A stretch of 64,000 nt of DNA from Candidatus Iainarchaeum sp. (lineage in GTDB: Archaea > B1Sed10-29 > WALL01). Below the pieces are notes generated by a model. That model had not been told where the DNA came from. It saw only the letters and a program-made list of their open reading frames with translations, and made no database searches. The position numbers were made by a program, and so were the translations under genes. Location: contig JAFGGZ010000032.1 of assembly GCA_016939415.1 (NCBI GenBank), forward strand, positions 1,815-65,814, in the 5' to 3' direction. Within the stretch, counting starts at the first letter, position 1. Every line of letters begins with the position of its first letter. This document shows, one piece after another, positions 36,181 to 45,004 of the stretch.

Positions 36181-37860
36181 TTGGAGCTGCGTTGCAAAGA
36201 CCTGGCCGCGCGGATAGGCTTCTTCAACACGCCGCACGGCAGGATAGAGACCCCGACCATACTGCCAGTGGTGAACCCGTCGCGGCAGAGTGTCCCGGCG
36301 AAAGAGCTCAAACGCATCGGCGCCCAGGCCATAATCACGAACGCCTATCTGATACGCCAGAAGCATCCGGATGTCACTGATGTCCACGAATTCCTTGACT
36401 TTGACGGCCCGGTGATGACGGATTCTGGAGCGTTCCAGCTCATGCAGTACGGTCACGTGCACGTGACGAACAAGGAGATCGTCGGGTTTCAGGAACGCAT
36501 AGGCGTTGACATAGGCGTTTTCCTTGACGTGCCAGGGATCGGCAGCAGGGAAACTGTGTTGAATAACCTGAAGACGACTCTCCAGCGAGCCAGGGAAGCC
36601 AAGAAGCTCACGAAGGGCTCTGAGGCTTTGTGGTGCGGTCCGGTCCAGGGCGGGGAGTTCCTTGACTTGCGGAGGAGGGCTGCGCGCTCCATGTCGAAGA
36701 TCGGTTTCGATGTTTATCCCATTGGGAGTGTTGTCCCCCTCATGAATGACTATCGCTTCGCTGATAACGTGGACATCATTTCCACTGTGCGGAAGGAACT
36801 CCCGTTGAATGCTCCGGTCCATCACTTCGGTGCCGGCCACCCGATGTTCTTCGCTTTCGCTGTCGCGCTCGGCGCGGACTTGTTCGACTCTGCTGCGTAC
36901 TCGTTGTTCGCGCAGCGCGGGGATTACTTGACTGTGAACGGCACGGTGCCTGTCAAGGAGCTGGATGAGCTGCCGTGCTCCTGCCCCATATGTTCTTCCC
37001 GCACTCCGCAGGAAATGGATGAGCTCGCGCTCTCCAGGCACAACCTGTACGTGACGTTCCAGGAGATGCGCACTATCCGCCAGCACATCCGGGAGAACAG
37101 GTTATGGGAGTTGCTGGAGCAGCGTGCCCGCGCTCACCCGGCGCTCTTCGCTGCTTTGCAGCGGATGGGCAAGCACAAGAAGTACTTGGAGTCACTGGAT
37201 GTGTTCTCGAGGAAGAGGTTCTTCTACGTGTCTAAGGAGAGTGAGCTGCGCCCAGAGCTCTACCGCCACAGGAAACGCGCCCTCCAAGGCTTTTCCCAGC
37301 CGACTGTCGACTTGTTCCCTTTCAAGAGCGTGCCTGTCGGCTGCGAAGGGGTTTATCCTTTCGGCCAGCGGGTCCTGCCTTCGGAGAAGGAGGAGCGTGT
37401 CCCTCCGGTCTCGCCGTTAATGTGCTTGAATGCGCTGGCCGAGTACCAGTTCATGGTGAAGGACTTGTTCCCGCTGGATGCGCGGGTCGAGGTGTCCAGG
37501 AACACGGGCAAGATCCGGCGGGTGTATGCAGGCGATGTCCTGTTGGCTTCTGTTTCTGCGAGCGATTACAAGATCATCCCCCACGCTGCTGCCAAGACGA
37601 TCCACGAGCGCTCTGGAAAGTGGAGGGTGGTTGTGCAGGACGATGTCTCTAGCTTCGCGCGGCAAGGCAAGAATGTGTTCGCGAAGTTCGTGGGGTCCGC
37701 TGATCCCGACATACGCGCCGGGAGCGAGGTGCTTGTCGTGGACGGCTCCGGTGCTTTACTCGCTGCCGGGACTGCCTCGCTTTCTGCCGGCGAGATGATG
37801 GCATTCGATAAGGGCGTGGCTGTCAGCGTGAGGAAGGGTTTCGGAGAGGCAAATCAATAA
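36181..37860 (+). CDS. tgtA: archaeosine tRNA-guanine transglycosylase (ArcTGT) with C-terminal PUA domain
   Basis: The N-terminus FNTPHGRIETPTILPVV matches TGT. The catalytic Asp lies in the DSGAFQ context. The Zn site is CSCPIC...H, followed by C-terminal PUA-like modules. 559 aa. Confidence 0.85.
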   Translation: MELRCKDLAARIGFFNTPHGRIETPTILPVVNPSRQSVPAKELKRIGAQAIITNAYLIRQKHPDVTDVHEFLDFDGPVMTDSGAFQLMQYGHVHVTNKEIVGFQERIGVDIGVFLDVPGIGSRETVLNNLKTTLQRAREAKKLTKGSEALWCGPVQGGEFLDLRRRAARSMSKIGFDVYPIGSVVPLMNDYRFADNVDIISTVRKELPLNAPVHHFGAGHPMFFAFAVALGADLFDSAAYSLFAQRGDYLTVNGTVPVKELDELPCSCPICSSRTPQEMDELALSRHNLYVTFQEMRTIRQHIRENRLWELLEQRARAHPALFAALQRMGKHKKYLESLDVFSRKRFFYVSKESELRPELYRHRKRALQGFSQPTVDLFPFKSVPVGCEGVYPFGQRVLPSEKEERVPPVSPLMCLNALAEYQFMVKDLFPLDARVEVSRNTGKIRRVYAGDVLLASVSASDYKIIPHAAAKTIHERSGKWRVVVQDDVSSFARQGKNVFAKFVGSADPDIRAGSEVLVVDGSGALLAAGTASLSAGEMMAFDKGVAVSVRKGFGEANQ

Positions 37861-37912
37861 AAGCCCGTGCTCTGTATCAATGCCATGGTGAATATCCTGA
37901 AGGTGGTTTCAA

Positions 37913-38101
37913 GTGGTTGAAATAAAGAAGCGTTCAGAGACGATGCGTTACAAGCCCAAGGGCAGGGCAGAGGACTGGCGTGTCGACCCGAAGTCCGAGG
38001 CCAAGAAACTGGCCCGCGAGGGCAGGGCGTTGGACATAAGCACCCGCGAGATGTCGAAGAAGGTCAGCGCCAAGCGTCGCATGAAGAAAAAGCTCAAGTG
38101 A
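37913..38101 (+). CDS. small basic hypothetical protein (62 aa)
   Basis: MVEIKKRSETMRYKPKGRAEDWRVDPKSEAKKLAREGRALDISTREMSKKVSAKRRMKKKLK is Lys/Arg-rich. No ribosomal-protein family was recognised with confidence. Confidence 0.3.
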   Translation: MVEIKKRSETMRYKPKGRAEDWRVDPKSEAKKLAREGRALDISTREMSKKVSAKRRMKKKLK

Positions 38102-38828
38102 ACCTTCTTCCGACGATGACGAATGCGGGGAAGCTGAACAGGCCTTTCACCCGCAGGTATTTCTTCAGCTCCCACTCGAGGTTGTTGAACTGTACTGCCT
38201 CGATGCCAACCATACCCAGCTCCTGCATCTTTTCCATGACCGGTTTTACATCGTCGCTCGTGGGGGTGAACACTGCCAGGAACCTTCCTGGTTTCAGGGC
38301 TTTCACCACGCATTCCATGGCTGTTGTGGGGTGCTGCATGTCAAGGAAGGCGGCATCTGATTCCGGCAGGCGCGCTTCGCGCACATCCCCGAAAACCGCG
38401 TTGATGTTCCTGAATCCCTCAAGGCTCTTTTTCGCCATCTCGTAAAAACGCTCCTCTTTCTCGTACGTGATCACTCTCCCGGCCGGGCCGACTGCGTTGG
38501 AAAGGATCATGGTCATCCTGCCGCTGCCTGTCCCCGCTTCTATGACTGTGTCCCCGTTCTGCACTGACATGAGTGCAGCTATGAATCCTGCGTCGTACTC
38601 GTATACTGGTCTCGCCCCGCGCTCTGATAACTGGGTTCTGTCCCTCAGCCTCGGTTCAGTGACGAGGTACGGGATGCCCTTGCCTGTCTTGACCATGCCT
38701 CCTTTATGCACGTCCTCCTTCTGTATCTGCCCGTCCTTGGTGCCGATGCTCTCTCCGCGCCATTTCTTCAGGATCGCTCTGCCTTCCAGGCTTATGAGGA
38801 GTATCTCTTTTTCCATGCGCCTCACCAA
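38094..38828 (-). CDS. trmI: tRNA (adenine57/58-N1)-methyltransferase TrmI (Gcd14 family)
   Basis: An N-terminal beta domain is followed by a Rossmann methyltransferase domain with motif I VIEAGTGSGRMTMIL. The overall arrangement and 244-aa length match TrmI. Confidence 0.8.
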   Translation of the reverse strand: MVRRMEKEILLISLEGRAILKKWRGESIGTKDGQIQKEDVHKGGMVKTGKGIPYLVTEPRLRDRTQLSERGARPVYEYDAGFIAALMSVQNGDTVIEAGTGSGRMTMILSNAVGPAGRVITYEKEERFYEMAKKSLEGFRNINAVFGDVREARLPESDAAFLDMQHPTTAMECVVKALKPGRFLAVFTPTSDDVKPVMEKMQELGMVGIEAVQFNNLEWELKKYLRVKGLFSFPAFVIVGRRFT

Positions 38829-38885
38829 ACAAATATAAACCAGAATCCTTTTAAATTACTCGTATTCTTCCCGCGAGGCGTTTTC

Positions 38886-39875
38886 ATGCAAAACCTTTTT
38901 GAGAACAAGCAGCACAGGCTATTGATACTCATTCCACTGCTTATCGGGGTGCTCGGTGTGGTAATGATCCCATCCATCCCACAGGGCACAGACATCACAG
39001 GAGGGACGACGATCTCGGCGTCGCTTCCTGCAGGAGCGAGCGCGGATGTCGGCGCTATCGAGGAGCGCTTGGCGCACTTCAATCTGTACGATCTCAGCGT
39101 GCGCGTCGCTGAGAACCCTCTCGATGATTCTCAGGGCGTCATAATCGAGTTTGTCGGCAACATTGATTTGATAGAAGCGAACAAGGTGCTCGGCACGAAC
39201 CCGCGCCGCGCTGAAGAGATCGCAGCACAGTTCATCCCATCTCCGGGGAATGCGACGACAGAGGATTGGGTCATGCTGGCCAACAACAAGTTCAGCCAGG
39301 ACCTGCGCGCAGCAGTCGCTGCGGAGTTGGGTGTTGACGAGATGGATCTGGGGTTCCGTGAGGTCGGGCCCACGTTGGGTGCCATGTTCTGGGAGCAGGG
39401 CATACGGGCGATTGTCTTGGCGTTCATACTGATGAGCGTCGTGGTTTTCCTGGCGTTCAGGGAGTTCATGCCTTCTGTGTACGTCGTGTCTTCTGCTGTC
39501 ATCGACATTCTCGGCGCGTTGCTTGGCATGGCTGTGTTTGGAGTGCAGCTGTCACTCCCGACTTTCGTGGCCCTGCTGATGCTGATAGGTTACAGCGTTG
39601 ACACTGACATCATGCTCACGAACAAGGTGGCGAAGCGCAGGGACGGAACGAAGTTCGTGCGCACCGAAGACGCAATGCGCACCGGCCTGACCATGACCGG
39701 GACGACGCTTGCGGCTGTGGGCGTGCTTGCTGTCAGCTCGTACCTGCTCCAGGTGACTACGCTGTTCCAGATATCCGCGGTCCTGCTTTTCGGTTTGGCT
39801 GCTGACTTGGCCAGCACTTGGCTGATGAATGCCCCGCTTTTGTTGTGGTGGCTTGAGCGCAAGGGGGTGAACTGA
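38886..39875 (+). CDS. secF: protein-export membrane protein SecF
   Basis: Start set at MQNLFENKQHRLLILIPLLIGVLGVVM. It has an N-terminal TM, a periplasmic domain and a C-terminal five-TM bundle. The order secF then secD matches haloarchaeal and euryarchaeal operons. Confidence 0.8.
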   Translation: MQNLFENKQHRLLILIPLLIGVLGVVMIPSIPQGTDITGGTTISASLPAGASADVGAIEERLAHFNLYDLSVRVAENPLDDSQGVIIEFVGNIDLIEANKVLGTNPRRAEEIAAQFIPSPGNATTEDWVMLANNKFSQDLRAAVAAELGVDEMDLGFREVGPTLGAMFWEQGIRAIVLAFILMSVVVFLAFREFMPSVYVVSSAVIDILGALLGMAVFGVQLSLPTFVALLMLIGYSVDTDIMLTNKVAKRRDGTKFVRTEDAMRTGLTMTGTTLAAVGVLAVSSYLLQVTTLFQISAVLLFGLAADLASTWLMNAPLLLWWLERKGVN

Positions 39876-39876
39876 G

Positions 39877-41400
39877 ATGGCAGACTCTCTCTTGAGTGAC
39901 TGGCGCGTCCGCATACTCATCATAGCTGTCGTGTTCCTTGGTCTGGGCCCTCTCGCATTGAAGGGTCTGAGTTACGGCATGGACTTCAAGGGCGGCTCTC
40001 TCATCCAGCTGGAGCTCGAGAAGCCGGTTGATGGTCCGACGATGACCACTGTGACAAGCATCCTGGAGAGCAGGCTCAACGGCTTCGGCCTCAAGGACAT
40101 GAGCGTGAAGCCGTGGGGCGACCAGTACATCATAGTCGAGGTCAGCGAAACCGATAAGGACAGTGTTGACATAATCACTGAAACGCTTTCAAAGCAGGGC
40201 AGGTTCTCTGCGGTGATCGAGGGCGAGGAAGTGTTGAGGAGCGAGGATCTCGTGCAGATTATCACGAACCCGCAGGAGGGTTATGGGTACATAGCCAGCA
40301 CCGGCGAGTGGCGCGTGCCGTTCGTGCTCAGCGCTGAGGGCTCGAAGCGGTTCGCAGAGAATGCGGAGGGCAAGTGCCGGAAGGTTGCTGGCGAGACTGT
40401 CTGCGAGCGCATTTATATGTTCATAGACCGCCCGGAGGACGCGGTCGTGCTGGTGCCGACAGCGGTCTACGAGGCAGAATCCGTGATGAACATAAACCCG
40501 GAGAACCCGCGCAGTTACTCGGTGAACGTATCTGAGTTCGAGATGAATTCCATGACGCGGATAATGCCGACGGACAATGTCAGTGACGTGCTTGATGAAG
40601 TCCTCGCTGCTGGCTACTCCGAGGTCATAATCCCGGAGGATGCGGGTTACGATGTCTCGATGCTCGAGCAGAACAACCTGAGCGTCGCGCTCAGGCCGAA
40701 AACGGATTTCTACTGGCTCTGGTCTGCAGTGAACCTGAAGTCCATCCTCTTCCTGTCGCCAGGCGTAACCACCGGCGAGCCTGTGCGTGACGCGCTCATC
40801 ACCGGGCACGCAGACAACCTGCAGGATGCTCAACGCGACTTGACGCAGATGGTGGTGGTGCTCCGCTCCGGAAGACTGCCAGTGTCCGTGTCCATAATGT
40901 CCACGATGAGCGTTTCCCCGACGCTGGGCAAGAGCTTCCTGGGTTCCGTGCTATGGATCGGCGTGCTGGCCATACTCGCTGTCGGCTTAGTGGTGTTCCT
41001 GCGGTACAGGAACCCGAAGCTGACGGCAGCCATCATAGCGAACGACTTCATGGAAGTGACCATCATCCTCGGCATTGCGTCGCTCATCAACTGGCAGATA
41101 GATCTCGCTGCCGTGGCGGGCATCATCGCAGTCCTGGGAACGAGTGTCGACCAGCTGGTCGTCATCTCTGATGAGGCCATGCAAAAGCGCGAGGAGGAGC
41201 TTTCGCTGATCGCTCGCCTGAAGCGCGCGTTCAGCATAATCTTTGTCGCTTCTGCGACCACCGCCATCGCGATGTTCCCGCTGATGACGTTGGGGTTGGG
41301 AGCTATGAAGGGCTTCGCCATCGTGACCATCATCGGCGTGGTGGTGGGGGTCGGTCTTGTGCGGCCCGTGTTCGCGAAGGTCATCGAGAGGATTGTCTGA
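39877..41400 (+). CDS. secD: protein-export membrane protein SecD
   Basis: 507 aa. It begins 2 nt after secF. An N-terminal TM is followed by a large periplasmic domain beginning FKGGSLIQLE. A C-terminal six-TM SecD/SecF domain follows. Confidence 0.8.
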   Translation: MADSLLSDWRVRILIIAVVFLGLGPLALKGLSYGMDFKGGSLIQLELEKPVDGPTMTTVTSILESRLNGFGLKDMSVKPWGDQYIIVEVSETDKDSVDIITETLSKQGRFSAVIEGEEVLRSEDLVQIITNPQEGYGYIASTGEWRVPFVLSAEGSKRFAENAEGKCRKVAGETVCERIYMFIDRPEDAVVLVPTAVYEAESVMNINPENPRSYSVNVSEFEMNSMTRIMPTDNVSDVLDEVLAAGYSEVIIPEDAGYDVSMLEQNNLSVALRPKTDFYWLWSAVNLKSILFLSPGVTTGEPVRDALITGHADNLQDAQRDLTQMVVVLRSGRLPVSVSIMSTMSVSPTLGKSFLGSVLWIGVLAILAVGLVVFLRYRNPKLTAAIIANDFMEVTIILGIASLINWQIDLAAVAGIIAVLGTSVDQLVVISDEAMQKREEELSLIARLKRAFSIIFVASATTAIAMFPLMTLGLGAMKGFAIVTIIGVVVGVGLVRPVFAKVIERIV

Positions 41401-41401
41401 G

Positions 41402-43453
41402 GTGTGGTCTGTGAAGCGCCTGCTCCTCGCTCTCGCCCTCCTCTTCGCTGGTTGCGTTGCTCCTCAGGGTCCTGCTTACAACATGTCCCGCCTCGCGGAC
41501 CAGTCTTTCGCGGGCGCGGTCCACTCGCCTGCTGATGGCGCGTTCCTGAAAGCCAGTGAGCTCGATATCCGCGTGTCTTTCAAAGAGCCGGTGGTGCTGA
41601 TGTCTTTCTCTGTTGACGGCAACGATGCCAAGATCTCCACCGATGACAAGATGGAGTACGTGTCAAGCTGGAAGATGAAGGACGGCGCCCACAATGTATC
41701 CCTCGTCGCGAGGGATGCGAACGACAATGAGGGATCTGTTTCATTCTCATTCACTGTCGACACGAAGCCGCCCGCTGTCGAGGTCGAGCCAGAGGACGGG
41801 GGGTTCGTCACTGACGCCCGCCCCAAGATCAAGCTCTTGTTCAGCGAGGAGGCAGAGCTCCTGACCGCGTCGCTTGATGGCGATGACATGGATTTTTCTT
41901 CCAAGGACGGCGTGACTTACTCGTTCAAGCCTTCCGACGATCTCTCTGATGGGAAGCACTCGCTGGTGTTCCATGCGGTGGACCGCGCGGGCAACGAGAA
42001 GAAATTCGTATCCTGGTTCAAGGTCGGCGCTGGCAGTGACGACGAGCCTCCGGGGCAGGTGCTCGGCTTCTCTGCTTCTGATGAGAAGTCCGGCGGCGCA
42101 ATCAGGCTTTCTTGGACGGCCATAGAGATAAGCGACTTCTTGAAGTACGAGGTGTATACCGGCACTACGTTGCTCAACACGTTATCCAGCAGGACGACGA
42201 ACTCGTATGTTGTCACGGCGCTGGTGAACAACCAGCTGTACTGCTTCAAGATCCGTGCGATTGATTCCGACGGCAAAGAGGGGCCGTTCTCTTCTGCTTG
42301 CGCCACGCCCACTTTCAAGGACACGACCCTGCCTTCGTGCAGCGATGGCAAGCCGCGTAACACGATCGATTACACGAGCGCGGTCGTGAACTTCACGACG
42401 AGCGAGGACGCGAAGTGCAGGGGGTCGTTCAACACGGACGAGACGTTCGAAGAGATGGATTTCGCTTTCGAGGGCTCTGCCACCACCCACACGTACTCTT
42501 ACTCGTTCTCGAACGGCACCACGACGAAGGTGTACGCGCGCTGCAACGACACGGCCGGGAATCTGATGACTTCCAGTTATTCGTGGGAGTTCACTGTCCA
42601 TACGACGTCTTCTGACACTACCGCGCCCGCTATCAGTTCCGTGTCTTCTGGAACTCCGGCGAATACATCCACCACCCTGACGTGGACGACGAACGAGGCT
42701 TCTGACTCGTGGGTCTTCTTCGGCACGTCTTCGTACACGAATCACTCGCACTCGTCTTCTATAGTGACTGCGCACAGCATTTCTGTTTCAGGTCTTGCGG
42801 TCGGCACGACGTACCACTACCTGGTGCGCTCCTGTGATGCATCCAGCAACTGCGCGAACGGCACTGATTCCACGTTCACCACGTCTTCTTCGGACGCGAC
42901 GCCGCCCGGTAGGAGCGGCGGCTCTCCGAGCGGGAATGTCTCGAACGCATCCGTTGTCCTGCAAGTGACGACGAACGAGCCTGCGACGTGCAGGTGGGAT
43001 GGGTCGAGTGTGAATTATGCCTCGATGAGCAACACGTTCAACACGTCTAACAACCTGACGCACACGTATGCGGTCACTGTTTCCGGGGATGGCACCAAGA
43101 TTTATTATGTACGCTGCGTTGATGCGAGCGGGAACGCGAACACAGACGATTACCTGATAACGTTCACTGCGGACACGGCTGCACCGCTGTTCTCCAGCGG
43201 CCCGTCCGCTGTTCCGGGCGCTGCGAACGCGACGGTCTCCTGGACTGCGAGCGAGCCCGTCACAGGCATCGTGTTCTATGGCATTGGTTCCGGGGATTAC
43301 ACGCATTCCCTGCAATCCGCCGCGCTCACGACGACGCACTCCGCACTTCTCCCGTCCTTGTTCAATGCGACGGAGTATTATTACCTGGTCGATATCTGTG
43401 ACACGGTGTCGTTGTGCTCTAACAGTACTGAGCAATCCTTTACCACTTTGTGA
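41402..43453 (+). CDS. cell-surface protein with multiple Ig/fibronectin-III-like beta-sandwich repeats; lipobox-like signal peptide
   Basis: The probable GTG start gives VKRLLLALALLFAGC, a signal peptide with a lipobox-like Cys. The acidic, Ser/Thr-rich body has repeated segments of about 100 aa. Examples are SWTAIEISDFLKYEVY...CFKIRAIDSDGKEG (FN3-like) and later TLTWTTNEASDSWVFFGTS. There are many N-x-S/T sequons. The ATG-defined ORF starts at 41357, inside the end of secD. Confidence 0.5.
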   Translation: MWSVKRLLLALALLFAGCVAPQGPAYNMSRLADQSFAGAVHSPADGAFLKASELDIRVSFKEPVVLMSFSVDGNDAKISTDDKMEYVSSWKMKDGAHNVSLVARDANDNEGSVSFSFTVDTKPPAVEVEPEDGGFVTDARPKIKLLFSEEAELLTASLDGDDMDFSSKDGVTYSFKPSDDLSDGKHSLVFHAVDRAGNEKKFVSWFKVGAGSDDEPPGQVLGFSASDEKSGGAIRLSWTAIEISDFLKYEVYTGTTLLNTLSSRTTNSYVVTALVNNQLYCFKIRAIDSDGKEGPFSSACATPTFKDTTLPSCSDGKPRNTIDYTSAVVNFTTSEDAKCRGSFNTDETFEEMDFAFEGSATTHTYSYSFSNGTTTKVYARCNDTAGNLMTSSYSWEFTVHTTSSDTTAPAISSVSSGTPANTSTTLTWTTNEASDSWVFFGTSSYTNHSHSSSIVTAHSISVSGLAVGTTYHYLVRSCDASSNCANGTDSTFTTSSSDATPPGRSGGSPSGNVSNASVVLQVTTNEPATCRWDGSSVNYASMSNTFNTSNNLTHTYAVTVSGDGTKIYYVRCVDASGNANTDDYLITFTADTAAPLFSSGPSAVPGAANATVSWTASEPVTGIVFYGIGSGDYTHSLQSAALTTTHSALLPSLFNATEYYYLVDICDTVSLCSNSTEQSFTTL

Positions 43454-43457
43454 TTGC

Positions 43458-44210
43458 ATGCGTTTGAATGAAGCAAAAAATGTGATTGACGAGGCGATAT
43501 CTTCAGGTCGCACGCTCGTCGTCGTTGGGGAATGCACTGTCCATTATCACGGCCGCGCTGCTTCGAAGCTGGCTTCTGGTGAGCGTCTCGTGATCGTGAA
43601 GTCTGATGGGTCTTTCCTCGTTCACCAGAACAAGAACATGGCCGCTATCAATTACCAGCCCCCGAAAGGCGTTATCACGGCGGAGTTGGGTGATGGCGCG
43701 CTTGTGCTTCGCGCGTCCAGGCGCGAGCCGAAAGAGCTTCTTGAGGCTTTTTTCTCTCGCATCGATTTCGCGCAGTCGTTCGTCATGCGCGACGATCGTT
43801 CGCTGCGCGTGTTCGGAACCGAGAAGAATTTATCCGAACTCTTGATGCAGGACCTTGAGCTCATCGAGCCGGGGTTGAGGCCGGTGAAGAGCGAGTCGCC
43901 TTTGGGCAAGGGCCGCATTGACGTGTTTGCGTTGGACAGGGACGGCAACCCAGTCGTCATCGAGGTGAAGCGCCGCACTGCTGGGTTGTCTGCGGTGTCC
44001 CAGTTGCAGCGGTATGTTTCCGAGGTCTCGAAGCGGAAGGGCGTGCGTGTGCGCGGGGTCTTGTGTGCGCCCGGCATTTCCCCGAAGGCTTTGAACTTTT
44101 TGGAGTGTGAGGGTTTGGAGTTCTTCAAGCTGGATTACGAAGTGCACAATCCGAGCGCTGAGATTAAGGGCTTGCAGAGGAAGCAGGCTGGATTGAAGGA
44201 GTTTTTCTAG
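43458..44210 (+). CDS. nucS: endonuclease NucS/EndoMS
   Basis: About 250 aa. The N-terminal ssDNA-binding half is LVVVGECTVHYHGRAAS. The C-terminal RecB-like nuclease motifs are GRIDVFALDRDGNPVVIEVKRR, QLQRY and GVLCAP. Confidence 0.88.
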   Translation: MRLNEAKNVIDEAISSGRTLVVVGECTVHYHGRAASKLASGERLVIVKSDGSFLVHQNKNMAAINYQPPKGVITAELGDGALVLRASRREPKELLEAFFSRIDFAQSFVMRDDRSLRVFGTEKNLSELLMQDLELIEPGLRPVKSESPLGKGRIDVFALDRDGNPVVIEVKRRTAGLSAVSQLQRYVSEVSKRKGVRVRGVLCAPGISPKALNFLECEGLEFFKLDYEVHNPSAEIKGLQRKQAGLKEFF

Positions 44211-44746
44211 GCGAGGCCGAAGAAGTCGTCCGGGTCAATGCCCAGCTCTTCACCGATCTGCCTCGCCCTCTGCATCGCGCCTTCTGCTGTGTGTTTGTAA
44301 TTCTTCTTCAGGTAGTCTCCTGTCTTCGAGCCCGGCCCGTACTTCTTCTTCAGGTACTCTTCCTTAACCGAGATCGGCACGACTCTGTCGTGCATTACCC
44401 TGCTGTCTGCGTAGTGGATGATCTTCGACTCGAGGCTCTGTGGCTCGTAGCCTTCCATGCTGTACTCTCCTGCTTCTTCCGGCGCTGCTCCGTGCTGCTT
44501 GACCCAGTCAGCCATTTCTTCTTCGCCGTGGTCGCGCAGTATCTTCTCTGATACGAACCCATGGTACGGGTGCGCGATGCCCCGGCCGATGTCGTGCAGC
44601 AGCGCGGCTATTCTGACTTTTTCCGCGTCCACTGGGAAGCGCTTTGCTATCTTGTACGCCAGGCTGGCGACTGCTTCGCAGTGCCTTCTCACACCCGTGT
44701 CTGAGACGTGCAGGTACAGCAAGTGCTTGGCTTCGTTGTGGTTCAT
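44207..44746 (-). CDS. HD-domain phosphohydrolase
   Basis: Start set at MNHNEAKHL, forming an ATGA overlap with the histone gene stop. The HD motif reads H...HD in VRRHCEAV and ALLHDIGR. Length is about 179 aa. Confidence 0.7.
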   Translation of the reverse strand: MNHNEAKHLLYLHVSDTGVRRHCEAVASLAYKIAKRFPVDAEKVRIAALLHDIGRGIAHPYHGFVSEKILRDHGEEEMADWVKQHGAAPEEAGEYSMEGYEPQSLESKIIHYADSRVMHDRVVPISVKEEYLKKKYGPGSKTGDYLKKNYKHTAEGAMQRARQIGEELGIDPDDFFGLA

Positions 44747-44946
44747 ACTCTGGCCGCGAGCTTGATGTCTTCTGCAGTGACTGTCTTCCTGCCCGCGTGA
44801 TTGGCGAACTGCACTGCTTGTACGCATATCTCCCTCGAAACCTCTTCCAGGACATCAATAAGTGCGTCGCATGCGCTTTGGGACACGCGTTGGGCCCCGC
44901 CGTTCCGTATAAGTCTTTCTGCAGCTGCTCTTGATAGTTCAGTCAT
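44743..44946 (-). CDS. archaeal histone (HMf-like histone fold)
   Basis: 67 aa. AAAERLIRNGGAQRVSQSACDALIDVLEEVSREICVQAVQFANHAGRKTVTAEDIKLAA is the canonical archaeal histone sequence pattern. Confidence 0.9.
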   Translation of the reverse strand: MTELSRAAAERLIRNGGAQRVSQSACDALIDVLEEVSREICVQAVQFANHAGRKTVTAEDIKLAARV

Positions 44947-45004
44947 TATAACACCTTCTTATGTTTAAGGAAGTCGTTATTAATACGATTTGTGGTTTTG
45001 GTGG

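Noticed and set aside
36163-37086. 307-aa minus-strand ORF inside tgtA
   Set aside because: It is antisense to archaeosine TGT, with an Arg-rich low-information translation.
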